Below are positions 27,401 through 39,934 of a stretch of 64,000 nucleotides of DNA, one piece after another. The DNA lies in contig OZ059898.1 of the NCBI GenBank assembly GCA_964057225.1, forward strand, positions 12,772,001 through 12,836,000, read 5' to 3'. Position 1 is the stretch's first letter. The number at the start of each line of letters is the position of its first letter. A model generated the notes under the pieces. It ran no database searches. It was given only the letters and a program-made list of their open reading frames with translations, and was not told the origin of the DNA. Origin of the DNA: Auanema rhodensis. Lineage: Eukaryota > Animalia > Nematoda. The translations under genes were made by a program, and so were the position numbers.

Positions 27401-30074
27401 TCTCATCTATCTATTTCTTACTTTTCTCTTTATAAATCTTAATCTTTCTCCTTCTTTTGTGCGATGAGAATTGCTCATTGGCCTTATCTCAATCCATAAA
27501 TTGTTTTGCTTTTCAGCCGATCTTCCAACTTATTTTATCTGTTTCAGTCATTTCCTTCCTTCTATTGTTTGATCACAATTCCTTCAATCCTTTTCTCTCT
27601 TTCTTTTTATTCTTTTCCAGTTGAAAAAACTCAAATTTGACTCAAATATTAGTACAAATGGACTACTTTCTTGAGGATTCAATGAAACACCAAAGACAGA
27701 TTAATGAAAACAACATGTGAACTTTTTTCATCATTAACCCATTTACTTCACATAAGCCAAACTTGAATGTTGACAAGAGTATGAAGATCTCCATCAATTT
27801 CCAAAGTGGAACTAAACAATACCTAAATTACTTCCCTGATTTATTGCTTCTGAAGGCAAGCTTTAGAATAGACGTATTCTTCAATTTTCTAATTACAATT
27901 CGTTTTTTTTTTCGGACATTTCTTCCTCATTGGTTCATTGCGAAGCTCACATGATGTGTCATTCTTTTTAGCTTTGCCAAGTACGTCAAGATCTATATGT
28001 TCTTTAAGCTTATGTTTTGTGGGTGATCTCATCTTCCCCTCTCTCTCTCTCTCTCTCTCTCTGTATTCCTCTTTATATACATATAGCTATATCTCTCTCT
28101 CTCTGCTTCATTCCTTATCCCGTTTACTTACTTTATATGCATATAGTATCATGTTCCTATTTTTAAAATATTTTTTTTGTGTTCTATATATATATATATT
28201 TGTTTAAAAAAAACCTGGCTACATAAGCTCCTCTTGTTTCTGTTTCTTTTCATTTCTTCGTTTTTCTAACTATTCAAACCGAAATTTTTTAAATTCTTTT
28301 CGTTTTTTTCGGTTCAGACAGAAGCTATATGGTTTAGCCTTTCTATGTATGTACGCTTTGACCAAAATGTACCTATTAAACTCGTTTGGTGAGTTGTGTT
28401 AACGAGCTTATGTTTCAAAAGAAAAAAAAAGAAAAAAAAATGTTAACTAAGTTGTTTCTTAACTTAAGTTTCAGGAAACTAACCCTTCAAAACAATATTT
28501 AAATTTATTTTTATTCAGAATTTGTTACTTCTTGCTTATCAACACCATGTTTGAATGAGGGAAAATGTCTCGACACAATGTCCGGACATAGATGTGAATG
28601 TATTGCTCCGTTTCATGGACCATTTTGTCAGTGTAAGTCTTCCTCATCTTTGATTCTTTACCACTTGTCTCTTTAAACTGGCAAAAACCCAAAAAGCTGT
28701 CGTATACGTTTGACACATACAAGTCAAAATGTGGTGATTGTTGTTGAAAATTCTGACAAATTTCAATACTATATCATATAAATATATATAATTAGATGAA
28801 TAAATGTACATTTCATATGTACGTATTACACATATGTTGTTGTACAATCCGCAAAACTGATGACTTCCATGACTTCTATATATACATATATGTGTATATA
28901 TTTTTCTCGTTATCATATCCAATGCTTATCCTCTTTAAGTCAGATAGTTGACCAAAAAAAAAAACGATGACCATTGCATCGAAAGGCCATCAGAATTCGA
29001 AAGAGACTGACTCTTTCAGCTTTTCTATAACGTCATTTCCCTCGTTAGATGCTGCTGGATTTCTTGTCAGTCCACACAACCACATGTACATATAAAGTTT
29101 GCCTAAAGGAACTGCCCCTGAATCGCCTTTCTAAGCTATTGAAGCAAAAAATAAACGAAAAAAAAAGTTTTATTTTTTCATTTTTTTTTGTACATTCGTC
29201 ACATATTCAAGTATGCTCACCTATTCCTCTTTTATGTTGTCACTTCATCTAAATGGTTCGTTTTCATTATTTTAAAGATAAAAAGATCTATATAGACAAC
29301 TTAAATGTTCTCTAAGCATTGTTGTAAAGAAAAAATTTTTGATTATTCTTCTTTTTCGTTTTCTTCTTCTTTTATTTTATTGAAAAATACGAATTTAAAT
29401 AATTTTAAATGCAAAAAAACAAAATGTGTACAACCGTTTAATAAATTTTCTGAGGAAAAAATGAAAAAAAAAAAAAAAAGTTTATACATACGTTGACGTC
29501 AACATATTCACGTGAAAGTGACGTATAGTTATTCGAATTTTTATTATGCTAATTACAATATTATATTTTCAGTTCATAAAGAAAGTTGGACTTATCATTG
29601 GTCTATTGTGGAACTTGTATTGTTTTTGTTGGTTGTCTTTCTAATAATCTGTGCCATTGCAATGATATGTTGCAGGTATTTCATATATATTTATTTGAAT
29701 AATTAATTCTGATTAACTTTATTTTAACAAAGAAAAATAGTTGAATACATTAGAAAATCTTTCATAAAAATATATATATTTCAGTACAAATATGGGTGTA
29801 TATGTAAGTGTTCCAAATAAACGATACAATCGATGGGATGAAGAAGAATTATCGGATGAAAATGATGAAGATGATGTAATTGCTTTAGGTGATTTGAAAA
29901 AGTAAGTTACATCAAATAATTATATATTCATATTTGATTAATCTAACTTTCTATCTGTAAATCACTCATTATAGAGCAGGAATACGTCCGTCTAGGACAC
30001 GTGAAACAATGTTGGATCCCGAAGCAGGCTGCGCAAATCCTTGTTTGGATTCAACATCAGTGGTTATGCTTTAG
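18814..30074 (+). CDS. EGF-repeat single-pass transmembrane protein (5' end unresolved)
   Basis: In-phase exons 18814-18907, ~22004-22122 (EGF: CDSWPCWNEGTCISNGTRSFSCECTPLFTGDHC), ~22300-22387 (4-Cys partial EGF), ~28519-28631 (EGF: CLSTPCLNEGKCLDTMSGHRCECIAPFHGPFC), ~29573-29675 (TM: IVELVLFLLVVFLIICAIAMICC), then two exons for an acidic cytoplasmic tail ending ...CLDSTSVVML*. Confidence 0.8.
20941..21034. repeat. (CT)n microsatellite in EGF-gene intron
   Basis: Nearly pure CT run. Confidence 0.95.
21376..21438. repeat. (GA)n microsatellite in EGF-gene intron
   Basis: Pure GA run. Confidence 0.95.
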
Positions 30075-30572
30075 CTTCTTTTCTGAGCTTATTAAGAAGC
30101 CTAATATTAAAGAAAATGAAATTTCTTATTATCTATTTTTAAATTAAAACAATCAAAACTGATTATACTAATTGAAATTTAATTTTTATAAAATGAAATA
30201 CTTGGAACATCATCAGTTGATGTCGTTCATTAACGTGCTCAATTCATTAACAATTAATACAATAAATTAGAAATTATTAATAAATTTCAATTTATATATA
30301 TATATATATAATTAATTAATAATATTATATCAAATGATTCATGGGTATTTCTATTTTTTTTTGTTTTTGAATAAATTAACGGTCGTGCTTTGTTTTCTTT
30401 TTTTTATAAATTTTATTATAACTATGTACTATATATAAATATATTTATGTATGTATATGTCAATGGAGAAGGAATAAACTTTTATATTATAAATAAATAT
30501 ATTTTTTTTATATTTTATTTTATAAATTATTTAAAAATATTAAATATAAAATAATTATTTTTATATTCAAAA

Positions 30573-30573
30573 G

Positions 30574-30608
<35 letters not shown>
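30573..30608. repeat. (TA)n microsatellite in an extremely AT-rich intergenic tract
   Basis: TA run with one interruption. Confidence 0.9.
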
Positions 30609-30615
<7 letters not shown>

Positions 30616-31525
30616 TCAACATACTATGTATTATGTTTCACACATTCTTAAATGTTAAAAAATATCTGCTCTAATCAAATCTTTTGATCCAAAAAAAGAA
30701 AAAAAAGTTGGCAGAAACAAAGATTATATTACATTGAAATACACCTTTAGCTTCTTATTTTTTTAATATCATATTTGTATTATTTAGATAGTTAGTTAGT
30801 TAATCGAAAAGATTATTATATAATACTAATCAATCTACAAGACTGTTAAGCTGGGGGATTCTTAATCCTTTATATTCTGCCAATGACCTAGATGCTGCTG
30901 CTCATAATTTCGCTTACAGCTTATTTTCTTCAATACGTTTCGCATTAAAAAGTTTTATTTTCGAAATATTTTTTTCATTATCAAGTTTTATTTAATGAAA
31001 ATAAAGGTAAATGAAATGTTCGTTAATGTTTTTGAATGCTTCATTTTCACATAAAAGCTCAATGTACATATTTCTATAGATTTCTTCTAACCTTTGTTGT
31101 TTACAAAATACCACAAAAAGCTTAACCGCAATGAGAATAACTAGAGAACTTTCAACTTTAACAGCTTGAACATTAATAATTTGATTATAATCTCCTACTC
31201 ATCTGATCAAAAGTTAACGAAAACGTTGCACAAGCGTTCGGCTTGTGAAGCGAAAGTTGAAAAGACACGAAATCATTTCCTATTATCTTAGGTCTTTCCG
31301 CCTTTTCAATCTATCTGTTCCCTATGATTTTCTCTTCTTGACTCTTATTCCCTTTCTTATTCAGTTTACTTTTCTCTCTTTCTTTCAATGCTTTTTACTT
31401 TCTCTTTCACATTTACTTTTTCTCATTCTCTCTTTCTCTTAATGTATATCTCATCTTGAGTTTGGTCCAAAAGCTACTCTTAATGCTACTTCTTTGCATT
31501 TTCCATACTTTTTCTTTACGTCTGC

Positions 31526-32825
31526 ATGTCATTGCATATGTTGCCGTCCTTTCTCCTGATATCACATCCTCCTCGATTTCCGTATAGGAACAAAAATATT
31601 ATTAAAGTAATTGGTTTAGTTATTGACCCTGCCAAATAGCTACTACGAATTGTCTACTAACCAGGTTTTTTGTCATCTAATAGACAAAAGCATATTCTAA
31701 TCCTTGCTTTTCTCTCCAATATCTTTTCAAACTTACATACATATGCTGATAAATCATTTATCACACCTTTTACTTTGAGATTTTTCTCGTAAACTTCAAA
31801 CATCATCATCATCATCAAATTTTCTTTTGGCTATTTTCAGGAGGCATTTCATAGCTGGTCTCCTCATCATGTTCTACGTCTGCCTCATAACATTTGCTTG
31901 TATAATTCTTGGGATAGCAGGAATAATTCTATCATTAATAGATATTAACAAGTAATTACTTCCTCTTTCTTACTTCTCATATATTTGACATTTTAATTCA
32001 TTTATTTAGGTATAATTTTGGTCTTTATCTTGCATTGCTATCAGTTGTTGGAACAACAGTTTCAGTGGCATTTTGGATTATTTCTCCAACAATGTGTGCA
32101 AATCCACGATGGGTTGAATGGATTTTGGTCAAGTATGAAATCTTTGATTATTCTTACGTTCGTAATTTTCAAATTATCCGGATTTTAGATATGATCACAG
32201 ACTTCAGCCAATGCGTGACTGCATACTAGCTCTAGTTCAAAAGCGTAGGAAACCATATATGAAATAGATTTATAAATTAGTTCTTCTTTTCAATTTTAGA
32301 ACGGAAACGGTTTTGGGAGGAGGACGATGACTTAGTGATTTCAAGAAGTCGCAAAAAGGCTCGATCGAAGAAGTTCCAGATGAATCATCGTTCCATGCCA
32401 AACAATGCTCATCGTTACTCGGTAAAGTTTATGCATAATAACTATTTGTCTGTCCAGCTGTTTTATATTTTAAAAACACTTTAAAACACATATATAAGAT
32501 TACATTTTTCAAATTAACGAGGAAGCAACCGATTCTCACGATGTAATAATCTAAAATTGAAACTCCTCACGCTATACATGATCACGTGAATCTCAATCCA
32601 CTATATGTTAATTAGCCAAAGATTATTTATTTAATTTCTAAAAATAGATTTATTAATCTATTCCATAATTCATTTTAGGCTGTTGATTCACCTAGTGTGA
32701 CGATGACGCCTGCTGAAGGTTCTACTACAGTAACAACAGTCTCATCCGCCCCCAGCTCATCGAGAACAGTACGCATTGAGGTAGAGCCAACATTAGAAAT
32801 TGATTATGAGAATATATCACATTAA
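31526..32825 (+). CDS. Uncharacterised protein with two N-terminal TM helices and a basic, Ser/Thr-rich tail
   Basis: Six phase-consistent exons: MSLHMLPSFLLISHPPRFP-RHFIAGLLIMFYVCLITFACIILGIAGIILSL...FGLYLALLSVVGTTVSVAFWII...QRKRFWEEDDD...EIDYENISH*. Confidence 0.75.
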
Positions 32826-32978
32826 CTAAATAAATAAAAAAAAAGTTGCAAATATGAAAAACTCTAATATATAATAAAATATTTTTATTATTCTATATGA
32901 TATAATATGAAGTATTTAATCAACAGTACCTACAAATATAGTAAGAGAACAAGAAACAGAATAGAAACATATGGGATA

Positions 32979-33061
32979 GAGAGAGAGGAAGAGAGAGAGA
33001 GAGAGGAAGAGAGAGAGAGAGAGAGAGAGAAAGAGGGAGAGAGAAAGAGGGAGAGAGAGAG
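32979..33061. repeat. Degenerate (GA)n tract
   Basis: Purine-only GA/GAA run. Confidence 0.85.
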
Positions 33062-33289
33062 TAAAGATATTTGGAATAAGCTGCATCACAGATGAATCAC
33101 ATTATGATATTTCTATTGAAGTTAATAGTCTATAAAGTTCTTCGTCATTCAGACTGAACGCTTCATTTAATCCTTCTTTTTTCAAAATTTCATGAAGAAA
33201 GCCAGAATAAAATTTTTAAAAAAACGTAAAGAACTTCTAATACTATATCTTTAATAGTTAATGTAACTATTATATTTTATTTTAGATTT

Positions 33290-34422
33290 TTACATAAAAT
33301 ACTTTGTATTTATCTTGCGATCCTCGAAATACATAAAAATAGTTCGATTACGGAAATAATCGTAGACATTGTACATGATATGAAGAGCTAGCCCGCTGTA
33401 TACAAAGTGAAATAGGAAAAATGAAATTATTCCAATGATGTGTAGAAGCTCGTTATCATCTGAAAGAAGATAGATATACAAGATGGTATGATGAACAACA
33501 TATGATATAAGAAAAAGGAAGAAAGAGCTATAACATACGAGTAACAGTTCGAAGCCTCCATCTTGTCATCTGTAGGAATAATGCTGGTTTGACCAATGCC
33601 AGCATGAACGATAATACAAAAAGCATAATATACACAACTATTTCACATGCCTGAAATAAAAGAATTCTATATATTTACTTTATAATCAAGTTTTAAAGCT
33701 GATATTGAGTATAGGAACTTTAAGTGAAAACTTGATATTTGCATATCTCACTTTTAATATAATAAATGGCCATAGAAATCGATGTTTTTCTCTACGTAGT
33801 GCTACTATAGCTAGAACTAATGCTGAACCACAGAATAAAAGTTGAAATAAGGCTATAGCATCGAAATATCCAATCGTTATAGGTAATGCTATAACATATG
33901 TGAACAGAATGAATGTCTCAAATAGCAGTACAAGCTTTCCTCCATCCTATAATAATAAACTAATTATTTGATATTTGATTCCACAACTTGAAATAAGTTT
34001 TTGATTCTTCGGTCATAAAACAAGTAGCCATGATCTTGAAGTTTGAAATGACTTTGTTCACAAATTGTCAGAACAAATGACGTCGTTCATAAAACAGGCG
34101 TCGCTTTAACACCAAAGTTATTTCTATTTTAACACATGAAAAAAGGCTTTTTCATAACTGATCTTCAATATTCTAGTAATGATATTGAAAGCCAAATAGC
34201 ATACAATCTTTGATATCTATGTTCAATCTTGAGATAACATTGAAATCAATGCTGTTGCAGTATCATCGGCTTTTTTGTTGTAAGATGCTTGTGATGATGA
34301 GCTGATGATATTATTGTTAAATTGAAAATAGAATGATTGATGCGAAAAAAACTTACAACAACATGAAGAGAGTTATGACAAACGGTATGTTCTTCACCAA
34401 AAAAATAGCTGCTACTTTCCAT
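33290..34422 (-). CDS. Four-TM nematode membrane protein (LAPTM-like topology)
   Basis: Exons splice to MESSSYFFGEEHTVCHNSLHVV-DGGKLVLLFETFILFTYVIAL...LVLAIVALRREKHRFLWPFIILK-ACEIVVYIMLFVLSFMLAL...HIIGIISFFLFHFVYSGLALHIMYNVYDYF...FM*. The C..HV..G and ExxxxLxP patterns resemble nematode tetraspanning proteins; a 5' extension is possible. Confidence 0.7.
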
Positions 34423-37400
34423 CAGATGGAAAACGCAACGTTGTTGCTGTCTAAGACCTGAGGCACTAACTTAAGAGAACTGAAAACATGACTGATCAAT
34501 GAATATCAGGGGGGATGAACGAACATGACGAAGAAAATCGGAGATAGATGTTACTTGAAAAAGATAAATAGTAAAGTTCAAGTTATATATGATCAAGCAT
34601 TTACGATATGAAGTTGAAAATGTTGTATTTCGATGATGCGGGGAGTGCACGTGCAAGACACTTGAGAAATAGGCATTTTATAACAAAACACTTTCTTTTC
34701 ATCAAATTTGAGTAAAGTTGGATAGGACAATAAGAGTAACTTGCAATATTGTCTATTAAAACTTCAGAGATAAGATAATCAGACGATGAGCACAGAATTT
34801 CTTTGTAAAGTGCACCTTGTCGCTCTTGCTTGCCGTCACTCATTGGATCTCATTCTGCTGATCCAAACGAATCGATTTCGAGAGCATCTTAGTCACATAA
34901 CGTGAGAACAAGGAAAATGATGAAGATAATGAGTCTAAATGAAGAAATGAACTTACAGAAATTTGTCGTTTGACCGTAAAACTGATTAACATTCAGATTC
35001 GGAGTCAATTAACTAAACGAATGGAAAGTGCTGGACAATACATGTGAAAACAACTCAAAAACCGGATTACGGCTACTTGCTTCATCACGCCCAATCTGTT
35101 ACTTTTTTTGGATTTCGAAAAAGGGGTTTTGAATAATTTAGGATTATAAGTGGCTAAATACAAAAAAAAACATTGAGATTCAAGTGTTATCAAGAGAAAC
35201 ATCAGGTAAATAGAAGCAAATAATTATTTTTCGGCTATACAAGACATATGATCAGAAAAAGTTCTTATAAGTGTACTTGAAAAAAAAATGTTGATGAGAG
35301 AAAAGAGATAAAAAGAATTAGAAAGAAGAAAGGGGAGTTCCGTTTGAAGGAAAAAATTTTCAACTGAAAGTTTTGGAGAACTCTATCTCACGCCAGATGA
35401 GGTGTAAGGTGGAATAACGAGGAAGATACAGAGAGCTATTTCAACTGACTTTCGGATCATTTTCAGAGCAGAAAGCTCAACTGTCTTGAAGTTCAGGATG
35501 TTTAGCTGGCAAGTAGAAGTACTAAGTTCGAATAGCTCGTAACATGAAACCAGAAAATAAGGATGAAACAAGACGTGACCACACACATTGAGACAAATAC
35601 ACTATTTGTAATTTTCATATTTTTCAAAACACAACGAATTTAGAAAATAGTAATTAAGTAATCAAGTAATATTATCAAAATAGTGTTAGTAGAGATGGGT
35701 AAGATAATAAAGGGAAGAGACGAAAGATAGATAGAAAAAGAGCCAGATAGAGAGAGAAAGAGATAAAAATAAAGAGAGAAATAAAGAGATAGAGAGAGAT
35801 ACGATAATAGAATTCAGCAATTTTTAATGAACATATCATCAAAGACCATGTTATGTTGTTGAAATGCATATTTACGTCCTTATACATAAAACAGGCTACG
35901 ACAAACCTGTTAGAAATATTCGGCTCGAAAATATGGATGTGATGCACCTATCACCTGATAAGACAAAGGCACAACACAATACTTATCAGGAAAAATACAA
36001 ATTAAACGGAACGGAACGGAAAGGAAAAACTTTAATATTTACAGCGATAACCATTTTGTGTTTCATTCACTTTTCATTTTCCATCTGATAATCAAAATCG
36101 AATAACTAATGGATCATTACTATTATTGTCGATTAAATTAAATCAATAAGAAGATAAAACTACTCTGAAAACTGGAAGAAAACAATAGAAAAGCTAATTA
36201 AACAAAGAAACAGTCTTTTCAGATTGTCCAGTTGCTTCTCAGCTAGTTGGCCCTTTCTTTGCAAAAGTTTCCTTCTTGTCGTTGTAATAATGGTTTGATC
36301 CAGTTGCTCTTAAATATCTCAGTCATTACTACCGGCCATCATTATATATTATGCATAGAAATTATATATTTTTCTAGTTCAAAAAACTTTTAAAATCGTT
36401 AAATTTAATGTACAATAGTGTAGACAATCAATGAATAATTTACAGCTAAATCAATAAAACATATAGAAAAAGATGTATATAGATGATAATTTAGAAATAA
36501 TTTGTAAAGACAATTATTTGCTTCTTTTTTCGAAAAAACAAAAAAAAAATAACAACCGTTCAATACATGAAAGAAACAAAAATGAGTGACCATTTGCAAA
36601 ATAATAAGTAATGTTCACGTGAAATACGTGAAATCTATATACTATATATGCTAATAACTGTAAACTATACTATTACAGTTATGTAATATTTGAAAGGAAA
36701 TAGTAGATTAATGTTAAGAAAACATGGAAAAAAACGGATTATCAGTTGGAGTTTGGCGCAATAGAGGAAGAAGAATATGATTCTCAAAATCATATATGGC
36801 TCGAATGGAAATAAAATATATTTGGTTATCTTTTATCTAAATACAAGCAAATGAAAAAGAAGTGTTGAGAAAAGATGGATAGATGGATGACTAGAAGAAT
36901 AGGTCACAGAATGATATCATTTTATCACAAACATTTGTGAAGTGATGGATAAAATGTATAAATCGATCACAGCAACTAAATTAAATTTTACAAAATAAAA
37001 ATTATTTGTTTGCTCATTTGTTTCTGAAATCTATCACAGCTTTATACTGCTCGCAAGCAGGAACTAAAAAAGTGATTAGTTGTACATTCATTCGATTTGT
37101 CACTTCAACCTCCGGAAGTCATAGGAATAGTAACCTGAATCATCACAGTTTTCGTCTTTTATTCGAGTTTTGCGAGCAGTCAAAACACAGCTTCGTTGTA
37201 ACATATTTGAACGTTCCAATATTTATTATAACATGAAACGGACAAGACAATCAAAATGCTAATTTTTGAGAAGACAAGTAGACAATACATAACGAGTTAA
37301 ATGACAGATGAGTCGAGATATTTGATAACCTGATAATAGAAAGGTTTTTTTGGGCCAAAAATCTGAGAAAAAAACATTAAAATGGCTTCTAAAAACGTAT

Positions 37401-37623
37401 GGAATCATGACGTGAGATGTTATACACCGTAAGATTGGATCGTAAGATTATGGTAACGCACTTTCAGTTCGGAGAATACGATTAAAGAGAAAAAAACGTA
37501 AAATATAATATCTGAATTCTAATACAACACTATTCAAACTACTAGAACTCATAGAACTCATAGAAAAGCAACATAAAATGTTTTGAAAACATGCACTAAC
37601 AACGAGATAAACATCCGAAACAA

Positions 37624-39934
37624 TTATTCGGACAAGGTGATCACTTCATGGAACTCAGTATTAATGTCACTATTTTTTGTGGCATGGTTTATCAAACCTC
37701 TCTCTTTAGCTTGTTCATAAGAGCTGAGAGTTCTAACATCAATAATAAGCACCTAAAAATACAATAGAAATCAAGTGGAAGTGAAGTATGAATATTTACC
37801 ACGCCATCACTTGCTGCAGCAGCCAACTTCTGGCCACTGGGATTCCAACTAACTTCAAATATGCCACCGTCCTCCTTCACTCCTACATAACTTAGTATTT
37901 GCCGTCCTGACTATAATATACAGCATTAAACAATTTGCAGCTTTCAATAAAAAAATTCACATGTACATCCCAGACGAACAAAGTTCGATCAAAGCATCCA
38001 GTGGCCAGGTATCGGCCACATGGAGAAAAGGCGACAGAATAAACGGGATCGCTGTGCTTCGCCAAGAGATGTATGCACTTCCCTTGAACTACATCCCATA
38101 CTTTTACAGTATGATCGAAGGAGCCACTGAAAGTCACACAGATTTATGAATGATCTTAATTGCAAATTCAACCTTGCTAATACTCCACCAGTTGGGTTCC
38201 ATCGAATAGTGTAGATTTCTCTAGTATGGGCATATTGCCAAGCATGTATAGATTGAACATCTTCCACACCCCATATCTATAATTCATTCATAACAAAAAA
38301 GCAAAAATAATAATCAATACTCTAAGAGATCTGTCATCCGAGCAAGAAGCCAGTCGCCTGCTTATTGGGTCATATCGAATAGAATTAATTTCACCATTAT
38401 GACCCTAAATAAAAATTATATTTTAAAATATTTTAAAAAGAAACCTACAAGGTACGAGAGAAGCGGACGGTCAACACCGAGACGACATTTCATTATTGTT
38501 CTATCGGTGGAGCATGAAACAAAGGTGTCATTATTAATCCATTCAACATCGAGAGATGAATTTTTATGAAAAGCAAATTTCTGAACAATTTCCCCTAAAT
38601 GACGTGAATCAAAAATATGTTAGAAATGAGATCATACCAGTATGTACATCCCATACAACAGAAGTACTATCTGCACCTGCAGAAGCTACATAATCACAAG
38701 TGTCGTTCCATTTTAGTGCAAAAACGGGACCAACGTGCGCACCAAGTTCATATCTCAAAGAGCCTAAAATCTTAAATAATAAAACAAGTTAAGCTATCCC
38801 AACAAACCGTCCGAGCGCCATATACGTGCAAATCCATCATAACAGCCTGTGGCTAAATGATCACCTGCAGAATTCCATTCAAGACTAGTTACATCCTTGA
38901 AGTAGATTAATAGATTGGAAAATAAAAAAATATCAAACTTTATTTATTGGAACACGCCCGCGTTGTTCAGAACTATGTTTTAGAAGTTTAGAATTCTGTA
39001 TTAAAGTTTCAGGAATAAATTTTTTGTTAGAAGTAGTGAGATCCCATAATCTTACAGTAGCGTCTCCAGATCTACAAGAACAGCTCCAAGCCGCCGCCAC
39101 GTAGACAAACTAACCCAGAAGCCAAACAATTTATCATGGGATTCCAGGCACAAAGAAAAACTTCGCTACTATGGGCTTTCAAACATATGACTTCATCCTT
39201 GCTGAAAACGTGTACGTGTTCATTCCGATCTGTGCTATTTTCTCCCCACTCCTCTATCTATAAATTCGAATTTGTACAAAGTCTCTTTTCAAGAAAAAAT
39301 AATAAGATAAATACTCTCTTCCATTACGTTCAAATTCTCTCACACATCAACTTTCTTGAATTGCCTAATTCAAACCTACCTTTGAATCATTTTCAGAATA
39401 TGATTCACTAGGCTTCCGAGCTTGTCGGAAAGTAGTGGGATCTAGTGAAACTAAAAAAATTAAATATAGAAAATTGATACGTATAAAGTAATGAAAACCA
39501 GCTTCTATTAACGTTAAATTTTCCACTGGTACTTTCTCGGGATCGTCTGCTATTGCCGAGGATAATTCGGCTTCAGTATAATATAAGCCTTTCTTGAAAC
39601 AACGCAATTATCAAATATCACTTTTTCAAAACTACATACTTGTACAAGTGTTGGAAGTGCTCCTGATATGACTTGTCTACTGTCTATTTGAGCTTCATCC
39701 AAATGCGATTCAACCGAAAATGTATATGCAGTATGTGAAAAACCTGAACAACAATAAGTTTGTTATAAAAGAAAATATCGTATTCAATAAAATATTAGTG
39801 CATGCAAAATAAGAAAACCAAAAAAAAACAAGTAAAGTTTAACAATTAAATACAGTAAAATATGAAAGTCACGTACCTGATTCTTGTAAATACCTCCATA
39901 TTAGGCAGTTTAATTCAGAACTAGTGAAAGTCAT
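37624..39934 (-). CDS. TBL1X: TBL1X/TBL1XR1 (Drosophila ebi) homolog, LisH + WD40 subunit of the NCoR/HDAC3 corepressor
   Basis: N-terminus [29 protein letters not shown] matches the TBL1 LisH domain, followed by GAL..LVQKGLYY.EAE. WD repeats include [84 protein letters not shown] and GGIFEVSWN. Confidence 0.92.

Noticed and set aside
37032-37054. miR-2-family seed TATCACAG
   Set aside because: No star-arm complement nearby.
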